Below are positions 53,175-63,032 of a stretch of DNA of 64,000 nt, in pieces. Position numbers and translations under genes: made by a program. The notes under the pieces are model-generated. The model ran no database searches. It was given only the letters and a program-made list of their open reading frames with translations, and had not been told where the DNA came from. The stretch comes from Euryarchaeota archaeon UBA487. Lineage in GTDB: Archaea; Thermoplasmatota; Poseidoniia; Poseidoniales; Thalassarchaeaceae. The DNA is taken from contig DAVU01000009.1 in the NCBI GenBank assembly GCA_002505695.1, positions 820-64,819 on the forward strand. The letters run 5' to 3'. Positions within the stretch are counted from its first letter, which is position 1; each line of letters opens with the position of its first letter.

Positions 53175-54830
53175 GTGGCTAGAGAGTTAATACGACTGGA
53201 GGGGGTGCACAGATCCTTCGGTCCGACCACAGTTCTCGAAGGGGTAAACGTCCGGATTGAAGAAGGGGACAGGATTGGTATTGTTGGCCACAACGGTGCG
53301 GGTAAAACCACTTTGCTACGAACTATTTCTGAACAAGACCAAGATCTCGGTGAGATTTCTTTCGCTCCGGGATTGAGGATTGCTTTCCTTACCCAAGTCA
53401 GGGATATTGATGAGGGAGCCACCTTGGAAGAGGAATTGGAACGGAAAGGAAGGCAATTTGAGGAAATAGATGCCGAGTTGGCCGATATCGAGGGGAGAAT
53501 GGCCGATCCCTCGTTCTACGAGGGTGATTGGCAGGCGGATATCGATCGATATCAAGAGTTGCAGAGTATGAATGCCAAATCAGGTGGGTCGAATGTTGCC
53601 AGCAGGGCTCAGGAAATACTTCGAGCCCTTGATCTATCTCAACATCCTATGGACACTCAACTCGAGTTGTTATCGGGTGGTGAAAGGGCAAAGGTAGCCC
53701 TTGCTCGACAACTCGTTGGTTTATCAGAAATAGAAGTGTTCTTTTTGGATGAGCCCACGAACCACTTGGATCTGGAAACATTAGATTGGCTTGAGCAGTT
53801 CTTATTGGGGTTCGAGGGAGCCATAGTCGTCGTAAGTCATGATAGGTACTTTCTGGATAGGATTTGCAATGCGATACTAGAAGTGCAAGATGCCCATGTG
53901 AAAGGCTACATAGGGGACTATTCTTCTTTTTTGAAGCAAAAGGCCCTTTTTCTACAGACCTTGGATGATCGCATCCAAAAAACGCAAAAAGAGCTTCGAC
54001 GGTTGAAAGGCGCCGTTCAATCTATGAAATCAGCGAACAAATACGACAAGTCGATTTCACAAAAGCATGTGATGATTAATCGAGCTCAGCGTGAATTAAA
54101 GTGGCTGAGATCCCTGAAACCCAAATCTCGCAGAGGTCTCAAATTTTCTTTGGAATCCAGTGAGAAATCCAGCCTAGAGGTCCTCGATATAAAGAAAGGA
54201 AAATTAACTTTCAGCGAATTGGATCGACCTATTTTTGACTCCGTTGATATTGGTGTTAGAAGAGGTCAGAAAATAGGTGTTGTGGGAGGTAATGGGGCCG
54301 GAAAGACCACCCTTCTTAGGACCATAATGGGGGAACTGAAACTCGACGCAGGGGAAATTGATGTCAGGCCAGGGGTTAAGATAGGATACTTTCATCAGGA
54401 CCACAGATCCTTAAATTTCGACCTCACTCCGATAGAACAAATTAGATTTTTGAAGCCTAGGATGGATTATGGGGACATAAGGGCATTGTTAGGCCAATTT
54501 CAATTCACTAAAGATATGGTTGGTACAAAATTAAGCTCATTGAGCGGTGGGGAAAGAGCCCGCATCGCACTACTGAAATTATTACTGGAAGAGAATAATC
54601 TTCTACTCCTAGATGAGCCGACTAACCACCTCGACACAGATGCGAAAGAGGCCCTTGAGGAGGCTCTGACTAGATATGATGGGAGTATAATCACAGTTAG
54701 CCATGATAGATGGTTTCTCGACAAGATATGCGATACAATCTGGGAGGTTCCAGGGAATGGCAGTGTGGTCGTATGGCCGGGGAATTACAGTCGGTACATG
54801 GAGAGGGTTCGTAAACGGAAGAATGTCTAA
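53175..54830 (+). CDS. ABC-F family ATPase (two tandem ABC domains, no TM domain)
   Basis: 551 aa with a GTG start. NBD1 carries GHNGAGKTTLL, LSGGERAKVALA, FLDEPTNHLD and VSHDRYFLD. A basic inter-domain linker follows. NBD2 carries GGNGAGKTTLL, LSGGERARIALL, LLDEPTNHLD and VSHDRWFLD. There is no N-terminal Fe-S domain, so it is not ABCE1. Confidence 0.85.
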   Translation: MARELIRLEGVHRSFGPTTVLEGVNVRIEEGDRIGIVGHNGAGKTTLLRTISEQDQDLGEISFAPGLRIAFLTQVRDIDEGATLEEELERKGRQFEEIDAELADIEGRMADPSFYEGDWQADIDRYQELQSMNAKSGGSNVASRAQEILRALDLSQHPMDTQLELLSGGERAKVALARQLVGLSEIEVFFLDEPTNHLDLETLDWLEQFLLGFEGAIVVVSHDRYFLDRICNAILEVQDAHVKGYIGDYSSFLKQKALFLQTLDDRIQKTQKELRRLKGAVQSMKSANKYDKSISQKHVMINRAQRELKWLRSLKPKSRRGLKFSLESSEKSSLEVLDIKKGKLTFSELDRPIFDSVDIGVRRGQKIGVVGGNGAGKTTLLRTIMGELKLDAGEIDVRPGVKIGYFHQDHRSLNFDLTPIEQIRFLKPRMDYGDIRALLGQFQFTKDMVGTKLSSLSGGERARIALLKLLLEENNLLLLDEPTNHLDTDAKEALEEALTRYDGSIITVSHDRWFLDKICDTIWEVPGNGSVVVWPGNYSRYMERVRKRKNV

Positions 54831-54869
54831 CACGCTTGGTCATTCAAAAAATCAGAACGATCGTTTGAG

Positions 54870-55988
54870 TTAGATGCCCCAATGTCGGTTGGCATTCGGA
54901 TCTTCATCTTCATTTCGCAAAGAATCGACCACGACTCTGAGCAGGTAGTAGAAAACTACCGACATAAATGGCAATCCCCAGTCGTCAACTACTGTGGAGA
55001 CCGAGGGCTGGTAGTTTGGCCACTCCTGAAGGAGGTCGACTGTTGCATTGATGAAAGCATATGCCACTAATCCCAATCCAATCATCAGGATCGACTGGCC
55101 GCGAAAAGTCCCTTCTTTCCAACGGAGGACCCCAAGGGAGAGTGAAAAACAGACGCCGGCTATTACAAGCCACTGAAGTGCTTCATCGATCGCTCGGGCC
55201 CATATCCATAGGTTTGACCTGCTCCCATATGCTACATTATCTGTAAAGATATCGAAAGCGGCTAGTATACTGAATAATACAGATACCACTGACACCGCCC
55301 ATAACAGGGAGGAGAATAGTCCTCCTGATGCGCTACTGCGCATGTCATCGAACAGTCTCTCCAGTTGCTGTTCCCAACCAAGTCCTTTCGCCAGTATCCA
55401 TCCTCCTATTATTAATGGAAGAGATCCGATTAGGATATTGCCATATTTTGGTAAGATCAGACCTAGACCGAGAATAAGGAGGAAAGTGGCTATGGGTACC
55501 AGCAATCTAGCTCTCCATCGTGGGTCCTCGATTGCTTTGGCGATGTAATAGTAAGTACTCTCAATTCCCTTTGATTGTCTAACGATGATCTTCTCTATGT
55601 GATCGATCCTGACTCTCGATGATATGATGGGTATTGAGGCTTCGTCCTCCGCTCCATCGGTGACAAGGACAGCAGTATCTGGCTGGAAAAGTCGTATGAC
55701 CTCATCCAATTGGCTTGCTATCGCTCTGTCGCTCCTGGGACCAACACGAACGTCACCGGTAAGAATTGCCACCTCGACCCCATCGCTGGAGTCAGATTTC
55801 TCAATGAGCCTGTCATGATGGTGAAGTGCGCCCATGATAGCGTTTGTGTCACTTTCCTCAGGATCAGCGATGCCGAGTCTCAAGGCTGCTGTTAGGGTTG
55901 CTTTTCGTCCAATTACTGGCCCTCTGACACCAGCTTTGACCCCTAGGTCATTGTCCCGATCAACTGAGATGACGAGTGTCCTCACCAT
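54870..55988 (-). CDS. DUF373-family archaeal membrane protein
   Basis: ORF 56018 (TTG) trimmed to ATG 55988 (MVRTLVISVDRDNDLGVKAGVRGPVIGRKA...LGIADPEESDTNAIMGAL). The N-terminal domain is soluble and the C-terminal half is polytopic. Confidence 0.5.
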   Translation of the reverse strand: MVRTLVISVDRDNDLGVKAGVRGPVIGRKATLTAALRLGIADPEESDTNAIMGALHHHDRLIEKSDSSDGVEVAILTGDVRVGPRSDRAIASQLDEVIRLFQPDTAVLVTDGAEDEASIPIISSRVRIDHIEKIIVRQSKGIESTYYYIAKAIEDPRWRARLLVPIATFLLILGLGLILPKYGNILIGSLPLIIGGWILAKGLGWEQQLERLFDDMRSSASGGLFSSLLWAVSVVSVLFSILAAFDIFTDNVAYGSRSNLWIWARAIDEALQWLVIAGVCFSLSLGVLRWKEGTFRGQSILMIGLGLVAYAFINATVDLLQEWPNYQPSVSTVVDDWGLPFMSVVFYYLLRVVVDSLRNEDEDPNANRHWGI

Positions 55989-56065
55989 GGGGGTTCGTTT
56001 AGCCCAAGTAGGATCCAAGATTTGAATTGTTTGTTTCAGTGTTAGATAACACGGCGTTCATTTAG

Positions 56066-57184
56066 TCATAACACTGTTTCTGACTTCGCCCTAGAACGTT
56101 GTTTTGCCCTGAGATATTTCAGTGGGTGAGTCAACCATTCCTGATCACACAGCCGATCATCGCCTGGCCCAACTGGACATCTGGCCGCTGCTTTCAATGC
56201 GCCACAACCGTGGGGCGTGTATTCACGCTCATACACGTGACCTACTTGATACGACGTTGTCTGTGGGTCGTAATCCGGAGCACCCTCGAAAAAGGAACAG
56301 GTCATATCCAAAGGAAGTCCCATGCTTCTGCCCATAGCGGCGACAAACACGCGTCCAACGTGATTTACGTTTACTCCGGAAGCAAGTTCCTCTATTGAGT
56401 TTGAAAAGCATGGGGGCCAATCTTCTTTGGTAGCAGATGCGATAGGTACTTCAGACCTGATTTGAGATCCGAAAAGTTCGGATATACGAGTCACTTCTTC
56501 GCCTAACCTATCGGCTAATTGTTCGGACATTCTTACCATGCTTTCCCTACTTCTCTCAATCAATTCCTCTCTGATTCTCTCTTTGACCAACCTGGCGACA
56601 CGTTGAGCGCTGGTGTCACCTGAAGCAGGGTCAAGGGTGACCCAACCATCATTCACCGGTCTGTTCACTAGTCTCCAGTAAGATCCGGATATTCTTGGGC
56701 ACAACTCAAGAAAGTCACTGAGAGGTACTGAGTATATCATTTGGCCATTTTCAAAGGAGGCTTTCAGTGAGGAAATATAGGTCTTCACTATGGTTTCAAA
56801 ATATAATTCATCAATCCCTATGTTCTTATCCGCCAAACTTGATTCTCCCTCTGCCCACCTTGATACCAGTCTATCATCAAACGAGGCACAGACCACCAAA
56901 AATGCATATTGATAAGCAGCCATGGAGAATAACCTGGAGGCTTCGTTGGCGAGATCCACTGTTCCCATTGGATCGGCTTCTGATTTGTGTACAATTGACT
57001 CGACAAGCCTCAATCGGCCCAAAGACCTAGCTTCTTCCAACCAACCTTGTTCGATAATCGCATCGATATCGATTGCATTATCCTCGAACAACTTTCGCAT
57101 GTGGGATCTGGCTTGAGGTAAGAATGGATATCTTGCCAGAGCACTCTCATTTGTGAGTGTTGGAGGGGTACCCGGCATAGGCAT
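56066..57184 (-). CDS. priL: DNA primase large subunit PriL
   Basis: 372 aa. It carries ALARYPFLPQA and the Fe-S cluster cysteines in WPPCFSNSIEEL and HGCGALKAAARCPVGPGDDRLCD, plus HVGRVFVAAMGRSMG. Confidence 0.75.
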   Translation of the reverse strand: MPMPGTPPTLTNESALARYPFLPQARSHMRKLFEDNAIDIDAIIEQGWLEEARSLGRLRLVESIVHKSEADPMGTVDLANEASRLFSMAAYQYAFLVVCASFDDRLVSRWAEGESSLADKNIGIDELYFETIVKTYISSLKASFENGQMIYSVPLSDFLELCPRISGSYWRLVNRPVNDGWVTLDPASGDTSAQRVARLVKERIREELIERSRESMVRMSEQLADRLGEEVTRISELFGSQIRSEVPIASATKEDWPPCFSNSIEELASGVNVNHVGRVFVAAMGRSMGLPLDMTCSFFEGAPDYDPQTTSYQVGHVYEREYTPHGCGALKAAARCPVGPGDDRLCDQEWLTHPLKYLRAKQRSRAKSETVL

Positions 57185-57189
57185 GTTGT

Positions 57190-57978
57190 ATGTTCAGAGC
57201 CGGCAGGGTTCTTGAACGCTCACGGCAGCCAAACTTCATGATCGGAGATCGCCATCTAATAATAGATGAGAGATTGATCCAGATTCAAGATGAGATAAGG
57301 TCTGAGTTTGGATGGTCGCTTGATAAGGATCTGTACGTTGCGAAATGGCTAGTCAACGAATTGGTCTCCTCTGCATCCCAGAGTCGTTCTCTCGTTGATC
57401 TAAACCAAACATGGGATAGCATCAGACAAGAGTTATTGTCGCACTCCGGAAACGTTGCTATCGTAGGGGCAGCGGTTGAGATAGAGGAAATTGAAGATGC
57501 AATGAAGCAAGGGTGTAGATTTATCCTCGCGGACGGTTCTGGGGAAATCTTCTCTGACTTGGAAGATCCGAAGGAAGGTTGGGATTCCGTGATCGGGGTT
57601 GTTTCTGACGGTGATGGGGGCACAGGTCTTTCATTATCCATCGAGAACAATATTCCCATGATTATCCATGCGCACGGGGATAATCAGGAGTCGTTGAGGC
57701 ATCTAATACCAAGAGTGAGTGATCTCCCCATTTCTATCACACATCAAACCCCTTTTTCCATAGATGGCATGGTAAATCCAGGAGGTTTCACCGATGGGGA
57801 CAGAGCTGTTTGCATTGTCGTATCTATGGGAATCAGCGTGTCAAACATTGTGCTTCTCGGTACTAGGTCCGATGTCGTTGGAAGATTCTCTGGGACCACT
57901 GAGCCCAAGAGAAAATTGTTGAAGTTGAGGTGGATGAAGAGGATTCTGGAGGAGTTGGGTTTCTCCGGAATCATATAA
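57190..57978 (+). CDS. mptE: MptE-like 6-hydroxymethyl-7,8-dihydropterin pyrophosphokinase (DUF115)
   Basis: 262 aa. VAIVGAAVE, VVSDGDGG, IIHAHGDNQESL and NPGGFTDGDRAV match the DUF115/MptE pattern as I recall it. The ATG at 57190 is only 5 nt from the priL ATG on the other strand; an alternative ATG is at 57238. Confidence 0.5.
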   Translation: MFRAGRVLERSRQPNFMIGDRHLIIDERLIQIQDEIRSEFGWSLDKDLYVAKWLVNELVSSASQSRSLVDLNQTWDSIRQELLSHSGNVAIVGAAVEIEEIEDAMKQGCRFILADGSGEIFSDLEDPKEGWDSVIGVVSDGDGGTGLSLSIENNIPMIIHAHGDNQESLRHLIPRVSDLPISITHQTPFSIDGMVNPGGFTDGDRAVCIVVSMGISVSNIVLLGTRSDVVGRFSGTTEPKRKLLKLRWMKRILEELGFSGII

Positions 57979-60900
57979 AGTCCCCAAGAGTCATTATTGT
58001 GACCTTGTCATTCTCTAAGAGAGATTCTACGCTATCTTCCATCCATTTTACTCTCTGTTCTGTGTACAAGTCGATTCCGTACTTCTCGATCACCCTGTTT
58101 GTTACGCCGATATACTTCTTGACTGCACCTGGAGACACTGTCAATGTGAGGTTGCCGCCGCAAAATGGGCGGCTGTCATGGTCTGATGAGTTCCCTAAGC
58201 GTCGTGTCGCTTCATTCTTCGCTACTTTGGCTATGCATGTTCCGGTCAAGGGAATTCTCCTGTATGATGCATTGCATTTTACGCAACGAATCTTTTGCCT
58301 TGTGAAAGCGACTAAATTGCCTCTTATGTCTCTGAGGAAATGGGATTCAATTACTTGTTTAGCCACCCTCTTTACAGAGACCGCTCTAAGTCTTGATGCC
58401 AACATGAGTTGCGCGTCCATTTTCATCTCCATGGAAGGCAGTAGCTTGTACTGAGAATTTGATGGTCCCGAGCTCAATCCAGCAGAATCGTGAGTCCAGC
58501 CATATCCTCGAACGTCTCCTATGGTCCCAACGCGATTTTCTACTATGTCGATAAATTGCTTTACCCCGGAAGAATGTGGCTGAGATAAAGTCGCTTGGTA
58601 GAATTCCAAGGGATACGACCATGAGCAATCAACGTTCAATGCTTCTTTGTCTATCTGGTTCGGAAGCAGACGTGTCGTCAAGACCAGAGGCGCATCCATC
58701 TGACCGCCGCGATTAGACGGGAGGATGTCCTTCGAGAAATTCAATAGTCCTTCCAACAACAACATGACACAATCCTCATCGCCATCGCAATTACGTCTCT
58801 TTGCAGCATGGAACAGAGGATGTGCATATCCAGCCGAGGCGTCTGTCCATCCGATTATGCGACAGAGTACCCCTCCCGATGTATGTGGTGCGAGCCCTAT
58901 TCCTAGATGTCCAACAAGATCCTGTTTTGATTCATAGTTAAAGAATGGGTCCATTCCGTAAATCTTTGCCAATTCATCATCAACGAATTTGCAAGTGCTT
59001 GATAGATGCAGTTCTGCATTTGAGGAAAGAATGATGTCTTGTGGGAAGATTTCCAATATTTGTTCATCAGATTTCAATTCATTGCCGTCCATGTCCTCTG
59101 AATACCCCAACTCCACTAATTTCTTCCACGAAGTGCCTATCTCTAGAGGTCGAAAATGAGTTATTGGAACGTCAATCATATCGAACCTCGATGTTCCATC
59201 TTTGTTCACTGATACGTCATGCAACGCCCTTAGGATTCCTTTTTCCAAGGGCTCGGGGGTTTGCAACCTTGATTCAAGTTGTCTTGTTGCTTTGATTGGT
59301 CGGGGTAATGAGTTCAGATTGAGGTTTTTTCTAGCGGCCTCTAGAAGGGCTGTGAATTGGATATTTCTTTTCTCCCCGAGTCTTCGATCTGTACTTTTTT
59401 TCCTTCTGATTTCCGTTCTTCCATTGCAAGGGGGGGAGCCATCACCATAATCGTGGCGGCAGCGAATTTCGTGCGTGTCCCTTCCGCATTTCGTGCACCG
59501 GCGAATGCTAACGTCTACGCTCAGTGCACCCTTACCGATCTGATCTAGCAATCTCTGTGGGCCACCATTATTGCCTATTGGATAAAGAGCGTGTGTGTAT
59601 TGCTTCATTTCTCTTCTTTCGGCTTTTTCCGGCCTCCCCATTCGTGCGCCGATTCTGGTTGGAACGGCATCCTCCCATCTGTGAGGTGAGACTTCTCTGA
59701 CGATCCACAGGGATTGTTCCACCTCGTTATCGTCCAGTGTGGACAAGGCCTGTTCAAATTCCTCTTTATTCATCGGCCCTGGGTCATCTATCTCCGCAGC
59801 TGCAGCAATTCCGATTGCTTCGGTCTCCTCTACCCCCAGGTTCCTCTGTCTCGCCTTTGTTTCAGCCCTGATTCTTCTTTCAGTCCTAAGTTTTTCAACC
59901 TCAGATGACCTTTCGCTTTCTGAGAGCACGATCGACTTTGCCTCATCTATCTGCGTCAGCCTCTGTTCTGTTTTTATCAAGATCTCCGAATTTCCGAGGT
60001 TATCATTGTCGATATCGAGGAGTTCACATAATGGTTCCCAGTATCTTTCGATCACAACCTTGTCATTCTCCAATTTATGTTGTAATCCCAGGGACATCAA
60101 GGAATATCTTACCACTCCATATTCCTTGATTTTGTTCATATGTTCCTGATTTAAGCCCTCAACAGCCTCTTCTGACTGTTTTAGGGGAATGATTAATTTT
60201 CCACTTTGTTTAATTGAACGTTGCATCGCTAGGCACAGTGATGGAATCAAAGCCACAGGTAAATCCGACCACCATAGATTCCACGGGGGCGGGATTGCAG
60301 TTCCAAATTTGTCTGAAATCGAAACCACTTGATCCCATGTTAAGTCTAGATTCTTCAACTTCCTGTTCCAATCTCGTTTTCTCGTTTCTCGCTCATGCTC
60401 AGGTTCTCCACCCCTCGTAATCGCACCATTGAAAGGAAGGCCTTTTGGAAACAGAGAAGGGTCGGCATTCAGTATCTCAAAGAATGAATCCAGCTTTTCT
60501 GGCATATCGATTTTGGAGGCTAGCTCACTGGCCCACCAATCAAGATTATACCCTGATGGCACTAGTTCCTTGTTGTTTTCCAGGAACTCACCGAACCCGA
60601 TCAAAATTTCTCCAGCGTCCCAGATAACACTGATTTGGCCACTTAATGCATTCCATGAAACTTCATCGTGAACCATGGTGAATGTTCCATCTTCCAGGAG
60701 TACGAGCGGACCGTCAATCCCTGAGGTTGGAGTTACTGCACATGCCTTTCCTGGCCGCTCGATCTTCATCTGAGTGCCTACCGACAAGAAGCCGCCCATG
60801 GCGTGCATACTTGCAGGATTCAAACCTGCAGCAGCTAGACCTGTTGTCCTACTTCTACCATATCTGAGTCTAAATCCGCCAGGTTTCGAGGGTTCTCCAA

Positions 60901-61903
60901 AAACAGGTCTACCGGCAATTATGTCCCCCATGTATCGAGAGTCGGGTTTGACTTGCCTCTGCTTTGTTTTCGATTCTGCTTTATTCGCGTCTTTACCCTT
61001 TGAGGCCAGGACATCAATGAAGTCCCATCCCTCCACCCCCAACCTATCCGTGTGTTTCTTGATCTTTGGTGCTTTGAGACACAGACCCTCCGCAATAACA
61101 AGGAGGACCCCCTGTCTGATTCTTGAACCCTCGATATTAGGCACCTCGCGATACCCTGCTACCTCTATCCTCTCGGTTCCCTCACCATTAACCATCACGG
61201 GGCATGCCCGAACGATCATGTCAACCTCCTCGGGGGGTGGCTTGTATTGCAAGCCTCCTCTATAAAGCCCAAATTCTTCTTTCACTCGTTCTACTTCCCC
61301 TTCACTTGGCTGGTATCTCTCTATCCCAAGTTCTCGTCGAATCACATCCCCAATTAACACGCCCATGGCCTGTGCCGTACCACCTGCTGCTCTTATAGGA
61401 CCGCAAAAATCGATAGATAGGAAAGAAGATCCGTCTCCATGATTGTTCAATATTCTTACTTCGCCAATTCCCTCTAATGGTGCGACTAGAACTGCCTCAG
61501 TCAGAACCGCTAGACCTACTCTTAGGCCCGTATCTATTGATTTCCGTAAATCACCAGTCAGTTCATGCATCATTTTTGCAGATTCTCTCGCTATAGTAAT
61601 AGAAGCTGATTCTCGATCCATGGTGTCCAGGAGATCCCTTAATCGATCCTCTATCTGGATTGGGCTGCTATCCTCCTCGGGCCTGAGATACCTCTCTAGT
61701 AAACGCACAGTCCTGCTTGCTAGGTCTTTCGCCCTAGGAATCTCCACCTCTGTCTTGAAGTCTATTCCCTTAGATCTCGCCTCATTTGCGATTTTGTATA
61801 CGAGGTCAGTCTCCGCCTCGATAAGATCAAGGTATGCCGCATATTCGGCTGACAAGCGACCGGTTTCTCTAGTCGGGCCAAATGAATACACCACATCAAT
61901 CAA
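57971..61903 (-). CDS. DNA polymerase II (PolD) large subunit DP2
   Basis: 1,310 aa. The N-terminus is YLDLIEAETDLVYKIANEARSKGIDFKTEVEIPRAKDLASRTVRLL. The C-terminal Zn module is IRCVKCNASYRRIPLTGTC...CGGNLTLTVSPGAVKKY. The apparent start is TTG. Confidence 0.9.
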   Translation of the reverse strand: MIDVVYSFGPTRETGRLSAEYAAYLDLIEAETDLVYKIANEARSKGIDFKTEVEIPRAKDLASRTVRLLERYLRPEEDSSPIQIEDRLRDLLDTMDRESASITIARESAKMMHELTGDLRKSIDTGLRVGLAVLTEAVLVAPLEGIGEVRILNNHGDGSSFLSIDFCGPIRAAGGTAQAMGVLIGDVIRRELGIERYQPSEGEVERVKEEFGLYRGGLQYKPPPEEVDMIVRACPVMVNGEGTERIEVAGYREVPNIEGSRIRQGVLLVIAEGLCLKAPKIKKHTDRLGVEGWDFIDVLASKGKDANKAESKTKQRQVKPDSRYMGDIIAGRPVFGEPSKPGGFRLRYGRSRTTGLAAAGLNPASMHAMGGFLSVGTQMKIERPGKACAVTPTSGIDGPLVLLEDGTFTMVHDEVSWNALSGQISVIWDAGEILIGFGEFLENNKELVPSGYNLDWWASELASKIDMPEKLDSFFEILNADPSLFPKGLPFNGAITRGGEPEHERETRKRDWNRKLKNLDLTWDQVVSISDKFGTAIPPPWNLWWSDLPVALIPSLCLAMQRSIKQSGKLIIPLKQSEEAVEGLNQEHMNKIKEYGVVRYSLMSLGLQHKLENDKVVIERYWEPLCELLDIDNDNLGNSEILIKTEQRLTQIDEAKSIVLSESERSSEVEKLRTERRIRAETKARQRNLGVEETEAIGIAAAAEIDDPGPMNKEEFEQALSTLDDNEVEQSLWIVREVSPHRWEDAVPTRIGARMGRPEKAERREMKQYTHALYPIGNNGGPQRLLDQIGKGALSVDVSIRRCTKCGRDTHEIRCRHDYGDGSPPCNGRTEIRRKKSTDRRLGEKRNIQFTALLEAARKNLNLNSLPRPIKATRQLESRLQTPEPLEKGILRALHDVSVNKDGTSRFDMIDVPITHFRPLEIGTSWKKLVELGYSEDMDGNELKSDEQILEIFPQDIILSSNAELHLSSTCKFVDDELAKIYGMDPFFNYESKQDLVGHLGIGLAPHTSGGVLCRIIGWTDASAGYAHPLFHAAKRRNCDGDEDCVMLLLEGLLNFSKDILPSNRGGQMDAPLVLTTRLLPNQIDKEALNVDCSWSYPLEFYQATLSQPHSSGVKQFIDIVENRVGTIGDVRGYGWTHDSAGLSSGPSNSQYKLLPSMEMKMDAQLMLASRLRAVSVKRVAKQVIESHFLRDIRGNLVAFTRQKIRCVKCNASYRRIPLTGTCIAKVAKNEATRRLGNSSDHDSRPFCGGNLTLTVSPGAVKKYIGVTNRVIEKYGIDLYTEQRVKWMEDSVESLLENDKVTIMTLGDFI

Positions 61904-62007
61904 CCCTGAAGTAAATCACATGCGTGCGAGGCGACCCAATAACATTCGCGATGAATTTGTTGAAACGCGGCCAAGGTTCATTGATTGACGGTCATGTGTA
62001 GGTCCCG

Positions 62008-62592
62008 ATGGAATACAACCCAAGTGAGATTAAGTCCCAACTTTCGGCTAGCGTAAAGCGTCTTGCTTACTTGTATTCGCCAGAAGACCAATTCACACTT
62101 GCCAGTGGGAGGGAAAGCCCTCATTTTTTCGACATGAAACCAGTAATGATGAATCCTGAATGCGCTCATCTGATAGGTATAATGATCCATCAAATATTGG
62201 ATGGATTAGGTGAAGTCGATGCTGTAGGAGGCCTAGAGTTGGGTGCTGTCCCCTTAACTGGGATCGTGATCGCAAAGTCAGCAAAGGGGAGCAATCTGAG
62301 AGGGTTCGTCGTAAGGAAAGAACCCAAGGGGCGTGGAGGTAGAAAAACGGGGAACCCTCCAGGAATAGAGGGTTCCACTATTCTAGAGGGAGATCGAGTC
62401 GTTCTCCTTGAGGATGTCACCACGACAGGAGGTTCTGCAATAAAATGCGCTAACCTGCTCGAGGAAATTGGTTGCAGTGTAATTGGGTGCGTGACCATAT
62501 TAGACAGGGAGGAAGGAGGTGTTTCTGCTTTCCATGAGAGGGGGATCCCCCTCTTTCCACTCCTAACTAGGTCGGATGTAGCAGGTAATTGA
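62008..62592 (+). CDS. pyrE: orotate phosphoribosyltransferase
   Basis: 194 aa with the PRPP-binding motif VVLLEDVTTTGGS, plus FTLASGRESPHFFD. Confidence 0.85.
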   Translation: MEYNPSEIKSQLSASVKRLAYLYSPEDQFTLASGRESPHFFDMKPVMMNPECAHLIGIMIHQILDGLGEVDAVGGLELGAVPLTGIVIAKSAKGSNLRGFVVRKEPKGRGGRKTGNPPGIEGSTILEGDRVVLLEDVTTTGGSAIKCANLLEEIGCSVIGCVTILDREEGGVSAFHERGIPLFPLLTRSDVAGN

Positions 62593-62988
62593 ATGACTGA
62601 ACATATAATTGACCCAAGTGAGCCCTACCATCCAGAGAAACTGAGCAAGAAAGTCCACATTGGTGCTGACTCCTTCTTTCAATTGGATCTGAGGACGGGT
62701 GTCATCACTAGATCTGAGGAATTCCCAGAGATGCGCAAGCCCTCATACAAAATTAAAGTCAACTTTGGGCCTGTGATCGGAAATCTTTGGAGTTCAGCCC
62801 AAATCACAAATTACTCACTGGCAGAGTTGATTGGTAGAAGAGTAGTTGGGGCGCTGAATCTCGGTGAAAAGAGGCTCCCTACCGGTTTTGTGAGTCAATT
62901 CCTTGTTTTGGGTGCGTTAGAGCCCGACGGCACAGTCAGGCTGTTGGAACCTCCTGAAGGGGTGATGCCCGGTTCTTTGATTGCATAG
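62593..62988 (+). CDS. tRNA-binding (CsaA/EMAP-type OB-fold) protein
   Basis: 131 aa. It carries FFQLDLRTGVITRSEEFPEMRKPSYKIKVNFGP and GALNLGEKRLPTGFVSQFLVLGA. The start directly abuts the pyrE stop (TGAATG). Confidence 0.7.
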   Translation: MTEHIIDPSEPYHPEKLSKKVHIGADSFFQLDLRTGVITRSEEFPEMRKPSYKIKVNFGPVIGNLWSSAQITNYSLAELIGRRVVGALNLGEKRLPTGFVSQFLVLGALEPDGTVRLLEPPEGVMPGSLIA

Positions 62989-63032
62989 AGTCTTGCGTTA
63001 CTCTATTGGACTAGTTCCTTGTGGGAAGATAC

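Noticed and set aside
57971-61903. Possible intein in PolD DP2, considered because of its 1,310-aa length.
   Set aside because: I saw no intein-like block (no Cys/Ser-initiated insertion ending in HN followed by Cys/Ser/Thr, and no homing-endonuclease LAGLIDADG motifs). The length is within the range for intein-free DP2.
58725-61988. + strand ORFs inside polD (for example 59739..60149, 60774..61265, 61443..61988).
   Set aside because: They are antisense to the confidently identified DP2 and are low-complexity Ser/Leu/Pro-rich translations.
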